64,000 bases of DNA from an uncultured Verrucomicrobiae bacterium (GTDB lineage Bacteria; Verrucomicrobiota; Verrucomicrobiia; Chthoniobacterales; JAFAMB01). Positions within the stretch are counted from its first letter, which is position 1. Every line of letters starts with the position of its first letter. The DNA is taken from NCBI GenBank assembly GCA_963762565.1, contig CAVXLD010000003.1, positions 160,001 through 224,000 of the forward strand. Direction: 5' to 3'. This document shows, piece by piece, positions 50,538 to 59,504 of this stretch. The notes beneath the pieces were generated by a model. The model was given only the letters and a program-made list of their open reading frames with translations. It ran no database searches and was not told the origin of the DNA. A program made the position numbers and the translations under genes.

Positions 50538-51311
50538 ATGAAACTCTCACAAGTCGCCGCCCAGCTTTACACCGTCCGAGATTATCTTTCGGACTCAGCT
50601 TCGTTTGCCAAGAGTGTCGAACGCTTGAAAGCGATCGGTTATCAAGCGGTTGAGCTGATTCCTTCCAATACGATCAGCGACAAAGAGGTTGCGGCCATCT
50701 GCCGGGATGCGGGCGTCGCGGTCGCTGCCGCGCATCTGCCGGGCAAGACGCTGTTGGAAGAACCAAAGGCGATGGTGGAAAAATTGCAGACGGTAGGGGC
50801 GAAGCTTGGGGTATACGCTTTTCCCGGTGGAGTCGACCTGAGTTCGGGGGAGCGAGTTAATCGTTTAGCCGACCAGCTTGAGAAGGCCGCCGCGGTTCTC
50901 GTCGGGCACGATCTGATTCTGGCTTATCATAATCATGCTTTTGAGTTTTCCCGGCTTGATGGTGAGCTGGTGTTCGAAATTCTGCAGAAACGCGCTCCGG
51001 CTATGTCGTTCGAGTTCGATACTTATTGGGCGCAATACGGTGGCGTCAGTCTCGAACGATGGATCCAGCGACTAGGCAGTAAGCTGGTAAGCCTACACAT
51101 GAAAGATTACGGGGTGCCGGCGAAACATAATGATCCGCCTTTTATGGCCGAGGTTGGTTACGGTAACCTCGATTTTCAAATTCTGGTTACCGAAGCGGAA
51201 AAGGCCGGCTGCCAATGGTTCGTAGTGGAACAGGATTTCACCCAGCGAAACGCGTTCGATTCGCTGGAAATGAGTTTTCGGTATGTGAAAGAGAAGCTGG
51301 TGGGGGATTGA
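50538..51311 (+). CDS. Sugar phosphate isomerase/epimerase (xylose isomerase-like TIM barrel)
   Basis: QLYTVRD, YHNHAFEF, EFDTYW, LHMKD, VVEQD. Confidence 0.93.
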   Translation: MKLSQVAAQLYTVRDYLSDSASFAKSVERLKAIGYQAVELIPSNTISDKEVAAICRDAGVAVAAAHLPGKTLLEEPKAMVEKLQTVGAKLGVYAFPGGVDLSSGERVNRLADQLEKAAAVLVGHDLILAYHNHAFEFSRLDGELVFEILQKRAPAMSFEFDTYWAQYGGVSLERWIQRLGSKLVSLHMKDYGVPAKHNDPPFMAEVGYGNLDFQILVTEAEKAGCQWFVVEQDFTQRNAFDSLEMSFRYVKEKLVGD

Positions 51312-51656
51312 TTGGTAGGGCGAGGCTCCCGAAGGGCCTGAGAGGGTGCGCAACGCGAGTCGCGTTTGCTGTATGTCCGTCTGCAGTGCCGAAGAGTTGC
51401 CGAGCCGAGACCCAGCGTGTGCCACGTTGGGTTAATCGATTGAAGGGCGGCGGGTGAAGACGGAACCACGTTCGACGTCTTAGGGCCCGACCCCGTGATA
51501 GACCCGGCTCGGCGGCGCATCGGCCCAATGCGTAAAACCGTGGTTCAAGTGCAGTAGTCTCTGGAAAGCCGAAAGGATCGTGCGGGAGCCTCGCCCCACC
51601 AAATTCTAGCCGCTTGTCTATATCCTACTGGTATGGTAGGCATTGTGGCGTAACCG

Positions 51657-52619
51657 ATGAACCTGCCGAACCGCATCATCCCAAAACTCCGACACTGCGT
51701 AACTCCGATACTCCGCTGGTTCGCTGCTGCTATCCTCGTGAGTCCCATCGCTTGTAACGCGTTGACTCTCCGGATCGGATACCAAAAGGCGGCCAGCACG
51801 TTGGTCTTGCTGAAGGCTCATGGCACGCTGGAAAAGAAGCTCGCGCCGTCACACGTCGACGTGAAATGGCTCGAGTTCGCTGCCGGTCCGCAACTTTTGG
51901 AGGGATTGAACCTCGGCTCAATCGATTTCGGATATGTCGGCGAAGTGCCGCCGGTTTTTGCTTTAGCGGCCGGAGCGCCCCTGGTTTATACCGCGTACGA
52001 GTTGCCCTCTCCCGAGGCCGAAGGGATTTTGGTGCCGAAAGATTCGCCAATTCAGACGATCGCCGATCTAAAGGGGAAAAAGGTTGCTTTCAACAAAGGA
52101 TCCGATGTGCATTGGCTGGTGGTGAAGGCGCTGGAAGACGCCGGGTTGAAGTATGGTGACATTCAGGCTGCTTACTTGACTCCTGCGGATGCCCGGGCGG
52201 CTTTTCAGAATGGCGCCATCGATGCCTGGGCGATTTGGGGTCCTTTTTTCGTCGCGGCGCAGAGACAGCTTGGGGCTCGCGTACTGACCACGGCGAAGGG
52301 AATCGTCAATCGGCATCAATATTTCGTCAGCACGCGCAGTTTTGCCGAGCAGAATCCCGAAGTCCTAAAAATCGTGATACAAGAGCTGGGTGAAGTTGGG
52401 CAATGGGTCCGGAACAATTATTCGCAAGCCGCAAACGAATTGGCCCCGATTCAGGGACTCGATCCTGATATTATCGAGGCGAGTCTCCGTCACTACCAGC
52501 ACGTCTACAAACCGATCGATGACGCCGTGCTGGCCGACCAACAACGAATCGCCGATACGTTTTACGAATTGAAGCTAATCCCGCAAAAGCTTTCGGTGAA
52601 GGACGCGGTGGTGAAGTAG
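51657..52619 (+). CDS. ssuA: Aliphatic sulfonate ABC transporter substrate-binding protein
   Basis: LRIGYQK, WLEFAAGPQLLEGL, LKGKKVAFNKGS, QQRIADTF. Confidence 0.92.
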   Translation: MNLPNRIIPKLRHCVTPILRWFAAAILVSPIACNALTLRIGYQKAASTLVLLKAHGTLEKKLAPSHVDVKWLEFAAGPQLLEGLNLGSIDFGYVGEVPPVFALAAGAPLVYTAYELPSPEAEGILVPKDSPIQTIADLKGKKVAFNKGSDVHWLVVKALEDAGLKYGDIQAAYLTPADARAAFQNGAIDAWAIWGPFFVAAQRQLGARVLTTAKGIVNRHQYFVSTRSFAEQNPEVLKIVIQELGEVGQWVRNNYSQAANELAPIQGLDPDIIEASLRHYQHVYKPIDDAVLADQQRIADTFYELKLIPQKLSVKDAVVK

Positions 52620-52845
52620 GCAAACTTTGGTGGGGCGAGGCTCCTGAACCAACTACGGATCCCCCGAAGCAAACAAGCTTGCTTCGCGTTCAATCAATTT
52701 GTTAGGCCGGTATACGCGCCGAGCCGCGTCCAGTGCTGGGTCACGGCTCGGCGCGCTTGTAGGCCTAATCAAACGATCCAGCAAGACGACCTTGGCTGCT
52801 TCGGGAAATCTGGTGGAACGTTCGGGAGCCTCGCCCCATCAAAAT

Positions 52846-54135
52846 CTATCCAGCCCCTTTCGCCCAGTCTGGAGATTCGCGTAGGCGGAACAACATTTCT
52901 CCGGCTTTTGGGACTAACAGGACGCCCTCATCTTCGCGGTTGGCGTAGTCTTCCGCTCGAATTTCATCCGGGTTGCGGTAACCGAAATTGATTTTCCGGC
53001 AGAGCTCGGGTGAAAGTTGCGTCGCCAGCGTGACCCGGGCGCGCGCTTTTTCTACGCCGTTCTCGTAGGTGCCAATCCCATGGACATGAGTGGAATGGGC
53101 CAGCACGCCCCAAGGATAATGCTTAAACTTGTCCCACTGCTTCAAAAAATAGTCCCGGCAATGGTAACCGATTTCTTCTATCAGCTTACCGTGGGTCACC
53201 GAGATCTCTTTCAGGTGCGGCGCATAAATAATAAGCTCTCCGCCGTCGGCCAAGACCGGCTCCAGCTTATACATGCACTTACCTGCTACCCACATCTCGT
53301 CGTACATCGGCGGGGCGCACGATAAGATGGTGTGAAACGGTTTGTCTTTGTACGTGATATGATACCGCCGGGATAACTCGCTGGCTTCAGGCCAGGTGGC
53401 TTCAGGCGACCCCGCAAAGATACCGGCCAGTTCTCCGTGATCGACTACGAGGCAAAAACAAAGTTTGCTGATCTGAACCATTGCGGCGGATCGATCCACA
53501 ACTCGGCGCACCGGAGTCCACTTGTGCCCGATGATCATTGGGTTGGTGATAACGGCGCCGAGCCAGTGGAAAAAATTCAGAACCTCGGGACCTGAGACAC
53601 CCGGGAACAGATATTTGTTGCCGCCGGAAAAGCCGACGACCTCGTGCGGGAAGACCGGGCCCACGATGATCACTTGATCATATTCAAACAAGCGCCGGTT
53701 TATCTTCACTTCCACCGGCATCGAGAAGAGACCATTCGAAAGCGCAGCTATTTCCTGTTCTGGAATGACACCGATTGGCTGAAGTGAATCCGGATTGTCC
53801 CAATGATGATTAAATACGCCGACATTTCCGTACTGAGTGGACCGTTCGCTGCTCGAGATTTCTAAGCGCTCGCAGATGGCTTCTTCGCTCATGGGAGGAT
53901 GGGTCCCCAGCGCGATCAACACGTCAAACGCGCTCGTTACCGAACCGATCTGAGCATGCAACGTCTTGAATAGAAGCCCAATCGGAGCGGTGCGAGTTCC
54001 GTCCGGGATAATCAGTAGGACGCGTTTTCCCCGGTAATCTTTAGAGGGGCAAACCTGTTCGATCAGACTTTGGACATCTCTGGCACCGAGAGTGGTTCCT
54101 GCCTCAGCCGTTTTTGAAATAACCGCCTGGCTCAT
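52846..54135 (-). CDS. Lactate racemase (LarA) superfamily protein
   Basis: IIPDGTRT, ALGTH, FPHEVVGFSGGNKY.FPG. Confidence 0.9.
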   Translation of the reverse strand: MSQAVISKTAEAGTTLGARDVQSLIEQVCPSKDYRGKRVLLIIPDGTRTAPIGLLFKTLHAQIGSVTSAFDVLIALGTHPPMSEEAICERLEISSSERSTQYGNVGVFNHHWDNPDSLQPIGVIPEQEIAALSNGLFSMPVEVKINRRLFEYDQVIIVGPVFPHEVVGFSGGNKYLFPGVSGPEVLNFFHWLGAVITNPMIIGHKWTPVRRVVDRSAAMVQISKLCFCLVVDHGELAGIFAGSPEATWPEASELSRRYHITYKDKPFHTILSCAPPMYDEMWVAGKCMYKLEPVLADGGELIIYAPHLKEISVTHGKLIEEIGYHCRDYFLKQWDKFKHYPWGVLAHSTHVHGIGTYENGVEKARARVTLATQLSPELCRKINFGYRNPDEIRAEDYANREDEGVLLVPKAGEMLFRLRESPDWAKGAG

Positions 54136-54218
54136 AAAGCTAATATTCACCACAGAGACACAGAGAACACGGAGGAATTTTCACCACAAAGACACAAAGG
54201 ACACGAAGACGGAAAACG

Positions 54219-54493
54219 AACCGCAGATTAGAGAAAATTTAAATATCCGCAGATTACGCAGATTACGCAGATTTCGTTTTGTGGCTGCGGCCCGATCGGG
54301 GTTCATTCCTGGCTCGGTTCCCAACGTTGGCCTGTCTTTAAAAGCGCCTTTTCTTTGTAACCTTTTGCTTCCGAGAACACGGAAAGCCGTGCCGCTACAA
54401 AAGGCTTGTTTAAGTTAGTGGTATACCCGACTGCGACCGAAATCTGCGTAATCTGTGTAATCTGCGGATAATCCAATCTCTTCATCTGCGGTT
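54219..54493. repeat. Family F inverted-repeat element (CGCAGATTA nonamer arms)
   Basis: AACCGCAGAT...TATCCGCAGATTACGCAGATTACGCAGATTTCG and inverted partner; preceded by CACAGAGAC-type nonamers at 54146-54208. Confidence 0.88.
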
Positions 54494-54552
54494 AGATTTT
54501 TGGTCGTGGTCCTTCGTGTCCATTCGCGGTTAATCGTGGTAAGAGGGGTGCG

Positions 54553-55269
54553 ATGGGATCCCAAGATATAACGCATAACTCCAGCTTTTATGTGAGCCTA
54601 GGCTTGCAGGCGGCGGCTATCCTTGTGCTGCTGGGACTAGCGATCGTTGGAATTGTTATTGCCGTCCGGGCAAAGACAGGAACCGGTAAGGGGTGCGGCG
54701 TTGTGATGGCAATTGCCTTTGCATTGCAATCCTGTTTGGTCGTGCTCTGGTTTCTAATCTCCTTGGCTGCCGGTTTAGAATCCAGCTCATCTAAAGCAGG
54801 CCAGATGCAGACGGTTCAGGCTAAGGATGGTTCTTGCGAAATCTCCGTGCCTAAATCTTGGGTTGATTGCGGGGATCTAAGTAAAGAAGCCGTGCTCGGC
54901 TCCAAAGACCCGACTGGGAATGAATATGTTCTCGTCTTTGTACACTCGAAGCAAGACTACGCGGGAGGCTTGGATGATTTCGCCAAGGATTATACCGATT
55001 CGTTGCGACAGAAAATCCAGACGCCTCAAGTAGAACCGCCGACTTCGATGTCGATCAACGGAAGGTCCGCCGTCCGTCAGCTCGTGCGTGGCGAAGTCGA
55101 TCGACTGCGAATCGTCTATCGCATCACCTATTTCGAAGGCCGCGACAATTTCTATCGGATATTCTGCTGGAGCCTTGATTCGAAAGCCGCGTCGGTGGCG
55201 GCTGACTTCGACAAGATAGCGGAGTCATTGCATGAAAAGGTCGCTACCAAGGGTGAAGACCACATCTGA
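54553..55269 (+). CDS. Hypothetical membrane protein (two TM plus PsbP/DcrB-like domain)
   Basis: Two N-terminal TM segments; ISVPKSW, INGRSA, F.KI..S pattern. Confidence 0.75.
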   Translation: MGSQDITHNSSFYVSLGLQAAAILVLLGLAIVGIVIAVRAKTGTGKGCGVVMAIAFALQSCLVVLWFLISLAAGLESSSSKAGQMQTVQAKDGSCEISVPKSWVDCGDLSKEAVLGSKDPTGNEYVLVFVHSKQDYAGGLDDFAKDYTDSLRQKIQTPQVEPPTSMSINGRSAVRQLVRGEVDRLRIVYRITYFEGRDNFYRIFCWSLDSKAASVAADFDKIAESLHEKVATKGEDHI

Positions 55270-55470
55270 ACCGCAGATGAAGAGATTAGATTATCCGCGG
55301 ATTACGCAGATTACGCAGATTACGTTCTGGGTCTGCGAGGCGGTGGCACGATAAACACATCACCTCGCAGCATCCGCGCTCTGTTTTACCCGGCAGCATC
55401 CCGCGCCTAGAAGCGAAATCTGCGAAATCTGCGTAATCTGCGGATAATCCATCTCTTCATCTGCGGTTCA
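55267..55470. repeat. Family F inverted-repeat element filling the whole gap between convergent genes
   Basis: TGAACCGCAGATGAAGAGAT... / ...ATCTCTTCATCTGCGGTTCA. Confidence 0.9.
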
Positions 55471-56430
55471 GGGGGCGGCGAGTGTGGCGGCAAACAGGTC
55501 GCTATCGATGTTGCCGCCGCTGTGGATGACGGCGACCCGCCGGCCCTGCATTTGGGCGCGTTCTTGCAGGAGCGCTGCTAACGGCGCGGCAGCAGCGCCT
55601 TCCGCTGCATTGTGGGTATCAGCGAAGAGATAACGGATCGCACCGCCGATCTCGTCGTCAGTGACTGACACAATGCGAGCGACCCCGTTGAGAATGACGT
55701 CCAAAGCGTTTAGATCCGGAACTCGGCAGCTAATCCCGTCTGCCATGGTATTGACGGTCTCGGTAGTGATTTGGCGCTTAGCCTCAAAAGAGAGGGCGAA
55801 AGCCGGCGCGCCAGTAGCACAGACACCGATAACCTCGGTCTTGAGTCCCAGGGCGTTCCGAGCTGCGACCACACCGCAGACTCCCGACCCCATACCGATT
55901 GGAACATAAACCGTGTCCAAACCAGAGACATTATCGAACAACTCCAGGGCATAGCTGGCGACGCCGCGGACGAGTGCTTCGTCAAAAGAAGGGACGAAAT
56001 GCAGCCTCTCTTTTTCGGCGAGTACCGCAGCGTACTCTAGTGCTTCTTGAAAATCTTTTCCGCGGACGATCAAGTCAGCGCCGAGCGCCTGCATGGCGGC
56101 GTTCTTCTCTACGCTGTTCCCGTGCGGGACAACGATCACGGCGCGCAGCCCGGTACTTTGAGCGGCGAAAGCGATACTTTGACCATGATTGCCTCGCGTG
56201 GCCGTGATCACACCCGTTACGTCGGGCTCTCGCTGCTTGAGCTCGTTCATGTAAACTAAGCCGCCGCGTACCTTAAACGAGCCCACCGGTTGATGGTTCT
56301 CGTGCTTAACCCAAACCTCGGCGCCGGTTCGTTGGCAGAGCAACGGCCAACAGATTTGCGGCGTCGGCGGCAGAATGCTGTGAACAAATTCTGCGGTTGT
56401 CCGGAGCTGTTTAAGCGTGGACGAGAGCAT
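55468..56430 (-). CDS. PLP-dependent threonine/serine dehydratase
   Basis: KHENHQPVGSFKVRGG, TRGNHG, PIGMGSG, SGGN. Confidence 0.93.
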   Translation of the reverse strand: MLSSTLKQLRTTAEFVHSILPPTPQICWPLLCQRTGAEVWVKHENHQPVGSFKVRGGLVYMNELKQREPDVTGVITATRGNHGQSIAFAAQSTGLRAVIVVPHGNSVEKNAAMQALGADLIVRGKDFQEALEYAAVLAEKERLHFVPSFDEALVRGVASYALELFDNVSGLDTVYVPIGMGSGVCGVVAARNALGLKTEVIGVCATGAPAFALSFEAKRQITTETVNTMADGISCRVPDLNALDVILNGVARIVSVTDDEIGGAIRYLFADTHNAAEGAAAAPLAALLQERAQMQGRRVAVIHSGGNIDSDLFAATLAAP

Positions 56431-56580
56431 GAAGAAATAGCAAATAGCAGATAGCAAATTTAGCCGAGTGCCCTGGTCATCCCCATCCAGCGCTTCCCTA
56501 TTTATTGGCGTCTCTATCTGCGTAAATCTGCGTTCATTTCACCCCGGAGAATTTCGGGGCTGCGGTTAAGGTGTCTTCTA

Positions 56581-57048
56581 CTAGCCTGGGAGAACATCGA
56601 TGATCGCCTCGATCTCAACGGCGATGCCCTGGGGGAGGCTACCGACTCCGATTGATGTCCGAGCATGCCGGCCGGCGTCACCGAGCAACTCAACAAAAAG
56701 GTCGGAACAACCGTTGATGACCGCCGGTTGATCTCCAAATTCTGGGGCAGAATTTACGAATCCGTTAACCTTAAGAATTCGTTTCACGCGAATTAAGGAA
56801 CCGAGTGCGCCGTTAATCACGGCCAAGATCTGAATTCCGCACAATCGGGCAGCTTCATAGCCTTGTTCTTTGGTGAGATCCTTACCGACTTGTCCGTGAA
56901 CCCAATCGCCATCCTTTGTCTTTGGCCCTTGGCCGGAGACGTAAAGAAGATTATCGGCCCGGGTGAACGGCACGTAGTTCGCCATCGCCTGCGGCAAAGG
57001 CGGCAATGTAATTCCAAGCTTAACTAAACGATCTTCGATGGTTTCCAT
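56581..57048 (-). CDS. RidA/YjgF family enamine deaminase
   Basis: YVSGQ, NGCSDL, GRHARTSIG, AVEIEAI. Confidence 0.93.
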   Translation of the reverse strand: METIEDRLVKLGITLPPLPQAMANYVPFTRADNLLYVSGQGPKTKDGDWVHGQVGKDLTKEQGYEAARLCGIQILAVINGALGSLIRVKRILKVNGFVNSAPEFGDQPAVINGCSDLFVELLGDAGRHARTSIGVGSLPQGIAVEIEAIIDVLPG

Positions 57049-57512
57049 GGGTGGGAAGGGATGGGACGTGGATTGGTGGAGTGGCGGAGTAATGGAGTGA
57101 TGGGGTTTGCTTGAGAATGGTAGCCGTGAATCCGCATGTCGGACAGGTACAGATCGCGGGATTTTTTGAGAGTGGTTGCCAGGAGCCTTGCATTCCGCGT
57201 TGTTCGACCGCGGAGGGGAGCCACATTAGAGACCTCCGACCTCCAGACGACGATCCGGTCTGCTACTGGGCCCGACCTAAACCGTATTCGGCCGTGGCTC
57301 CCATACGCGTGGAACAACCCAAGACATTATCCACGCCCAGGTTGCCGAACGTGCTCCGTGCCCCAGGGCGTCGCGTCTATCCGAACGAGCGAGCTGTAGA
57401 CGATTCCCGCGTCGAGATACCGGCGACCCGAGAACACGGAATGCAACGCCCCTCCGACCTTGGGCTATTAGACCGATCCGCCTAGCTCCTAGATTCTAGC
57501 TCCTAGCTCCTG

Positions 57513-57974
57513 TCAAATCCGTTTCTCGAAACAGAGGGCGGTACTATCGTTCTCGAACGGCGGGAAGTTTGGTATCCGATAAAAGCCTGACTTACCATAC
57601 AGGGCGATCGATTCAGGCTGTTTAGTACCAGTCTCGAGACGGATACGATCGTAATCGAACCCCTGGGCAAGACTTTGTAACCCGTCCAGGATTTTCTTGG
57701 CGATACCATGTCCTCGTTCGTTCGGAAGAACGAACATGCGCTTAATTTCGACAACATCGTCTTCCATGGGGACCAAGGCGCCGCAGCCGACAGCCCGGCC
57801 CTCAACTCGTGCGACCAAGAAGGCGCTTTTTGGCCCTGAAACCAGGGACGGATCGAAATAACCGACATCCGCTGGAGCCGCATCATACCGGTGCCGGACC
57901 TCGTCGACAAAGGCACTCAACAGCGCTTGGGCTTCGGCAGTACTGGGATCTTCGGGGGAAACAGTAATCGTCAT
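57513..57974 (-). CDS. GNAT N-acetyltransferase
   Basis: VGCGAL, EIKRMFV, RGHGIA, LETGTKQPE.IALY..GF; start MTITV. Confidence 0.92.
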   Translation of the reverse strand: MTITVSPEDPSTAEAQALLSAFVDEVRHRYDAAPADVGYFDPSLVSGPKSAFLVARVEGRAVGCGALVPMEDDVVEIKRMFVLPNERGHGIAKKILDGLQSLAQGFDYDRIRLETGTKQPESIALYGKSGFYRIPNFPPFENDSTALCFEKRI

Positions 57975-58176
57975 ACAACGAAAGCTTAAAGATCCCCAAC
58001 GTCGCCTCGAGCCGCTACGGTTGCAAGAGGCGAACATGGCCCCACCAAGTTTCCACCACTCCAATCCTTCTTTGCTATTTGTCATTGCCGCGTAGCGGCT
58101 CGACTACTCCTTCGGTTACCTTAGCTTCGCCAGAAAGTTGCTGCGGTCTGGCTGTCGATCGGGCATAGATGGGCCC

Positions 58177-59160
58177 ATGAAGTGTTCTCTAAGCCTGCTT
58201 TTCATGCTTTCGGCTGTCCTCGCATTGGCGACGCCGGTATCCGCGGCCGGACCGAATGTTTACCCCATTCAGGAAGGTTACGTCGATGCCCACGGTGTGA
58301 TGATCTATTACGTCGAGATGGGTCATGGTTCACCTCTTCTGGTGGTGCATGGCGGCCCCGGCGCTTCACACGATTATTTTCTGCCTTGGTTACTGCCTTT
58401 GGCGCGAACGAATCGGCTCATCTTCATTGACGAGCGCGGATGCGGCCGTTCTGAACGTCTCGAAGATGTCCATCAATACACTATCGAGAACATGGTGGAG
58501 GACGTGGAAGCGGTCCGCACCGCGCTGGGACTCAGTAAGATCAGCTTACTCGGGCATAGCTATGGGGGAGAGCTAGCTCAGGCTTACGCACTCAAATATC
58601 AGGGAAACCTCACTCATCTCATCCTGGCATCGACTTTCCCTTCAGCCAAACAGATGAACGAGGTCCTGGCGCACGAGAAGGCGCAAATGCCGGCCGACAA
58701 ATTGGCTCGACTCGACGAATTGGAGAAGGCGGGCCTTTACGGTAAGGGAGCGATTTGGGAGCATGGCCGTTACTCTGAGGAATACGAAAAACTGGCTTGG
58801 GGCGACGGTTATTTCCCGTTCCTTTTTGGAGCTCATCCTGATTCGAACTACGATCCCACCACGGACAACGCAGGGATGAACTGGGAACTCTACCGCGAGA
58901 TGTGGGGCTCAAATGGCGAATTCGTGATCGACGGCAACCTGAGTTCGGCCGAGTACGTGGACCGTTTACCCACAATCAAAGTGCCGACCCTGGTTATCTG
59001 CGGCGATCATGATGAATGTGATCCGTCTCTTTCCAAGGAAATGCATGAAAAGATCGCCGGCTCGAAACTGGTCATCTTGCCAAATTCGGGTCATATCGCT
59101 TTTGAGGACCAGCCCGGTTTGTGGATCGGCAGTGTCCGAGATTTTATCAATGGGAAGTGA
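58177..59160 (+). CDS. Proline iminopeptidase-family alpha/beta hydrolase with signal peptide
   Basis: HGGPG, GCGRS, GHSYGG, GDHDE, SGH. Confidence 0.9.
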   Translation: MKCSLSLLFMLSAVLALATPVSAAGPNVYPIQEGYVDAHGVMIYYVEMGHGSPLLVVHGGPGASHDYFLPWLLPLARTNRLIFIDERGCGRSERLEDVHQYTIENMVEDVEAVRTALGLSKISLLGHSYGGELAQAYALKYQGNLTHLILASTFPSAKQMNEVLAHEKAQMPADKLARLDELEKAGLYGKGAIWEHGRYSEEYEKLAWGDGYFPFLFGAHPDSNYDPTTDNAGMNWELYREMWGSNGEFVIDGNLSSAEYVDRLPTIKVPTLVICGDHDECDPSLSKEMHEKIAGSKLVILPNSGHIAFEDQPGLWIGSVRDFINGK

Positions 59161-59164
59161 GAGG

Positions 59165-59465
59165 TGACCCCCGTGGAGCGCTGCCTCGCTTGCGAGGCCG
59201 AAAGGGGTCGCCACCCGTGGAGCGCGCCTCGCTTGCGAGGCCGAAGGGGTCGCCACCCGTGGAGCGCGCCTCGCTTGCGAGGCCGTGGTGAGCAAGGGGT
59301 AACGATTCAGCAGGCCTATCATTTGTCGGCCCTCTTTAGTGCGAATTGTGGTCCAACAGTGGGGCAGACTCTCGAACCCACGTGACATAGAGCGCAGATA
59401 GGATGTGGGTTTGTCTAACATCACGCCTTGCTCACCACGGCCTCGCAAGCGAGGCAGCGCTCCAC
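59165..59465. repeat. Three tandem family A REPs (44/42-bp period) plus an inverted partner
   Basis: GTGG feet at 59173, 59217, 59259; partner 59428-59465. Confidence 0.92.
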
Positions 59466-59504
59466 GAGGCCTTTCACTTTTTACCTTTCACGCTACGGTG
59501 CCCT

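Noticed and set aside
59165..59283. Mini CRISPR array
   Set aside because: Linkers are identical and only ~15 nt; the repeat is the dispersed family A REP.
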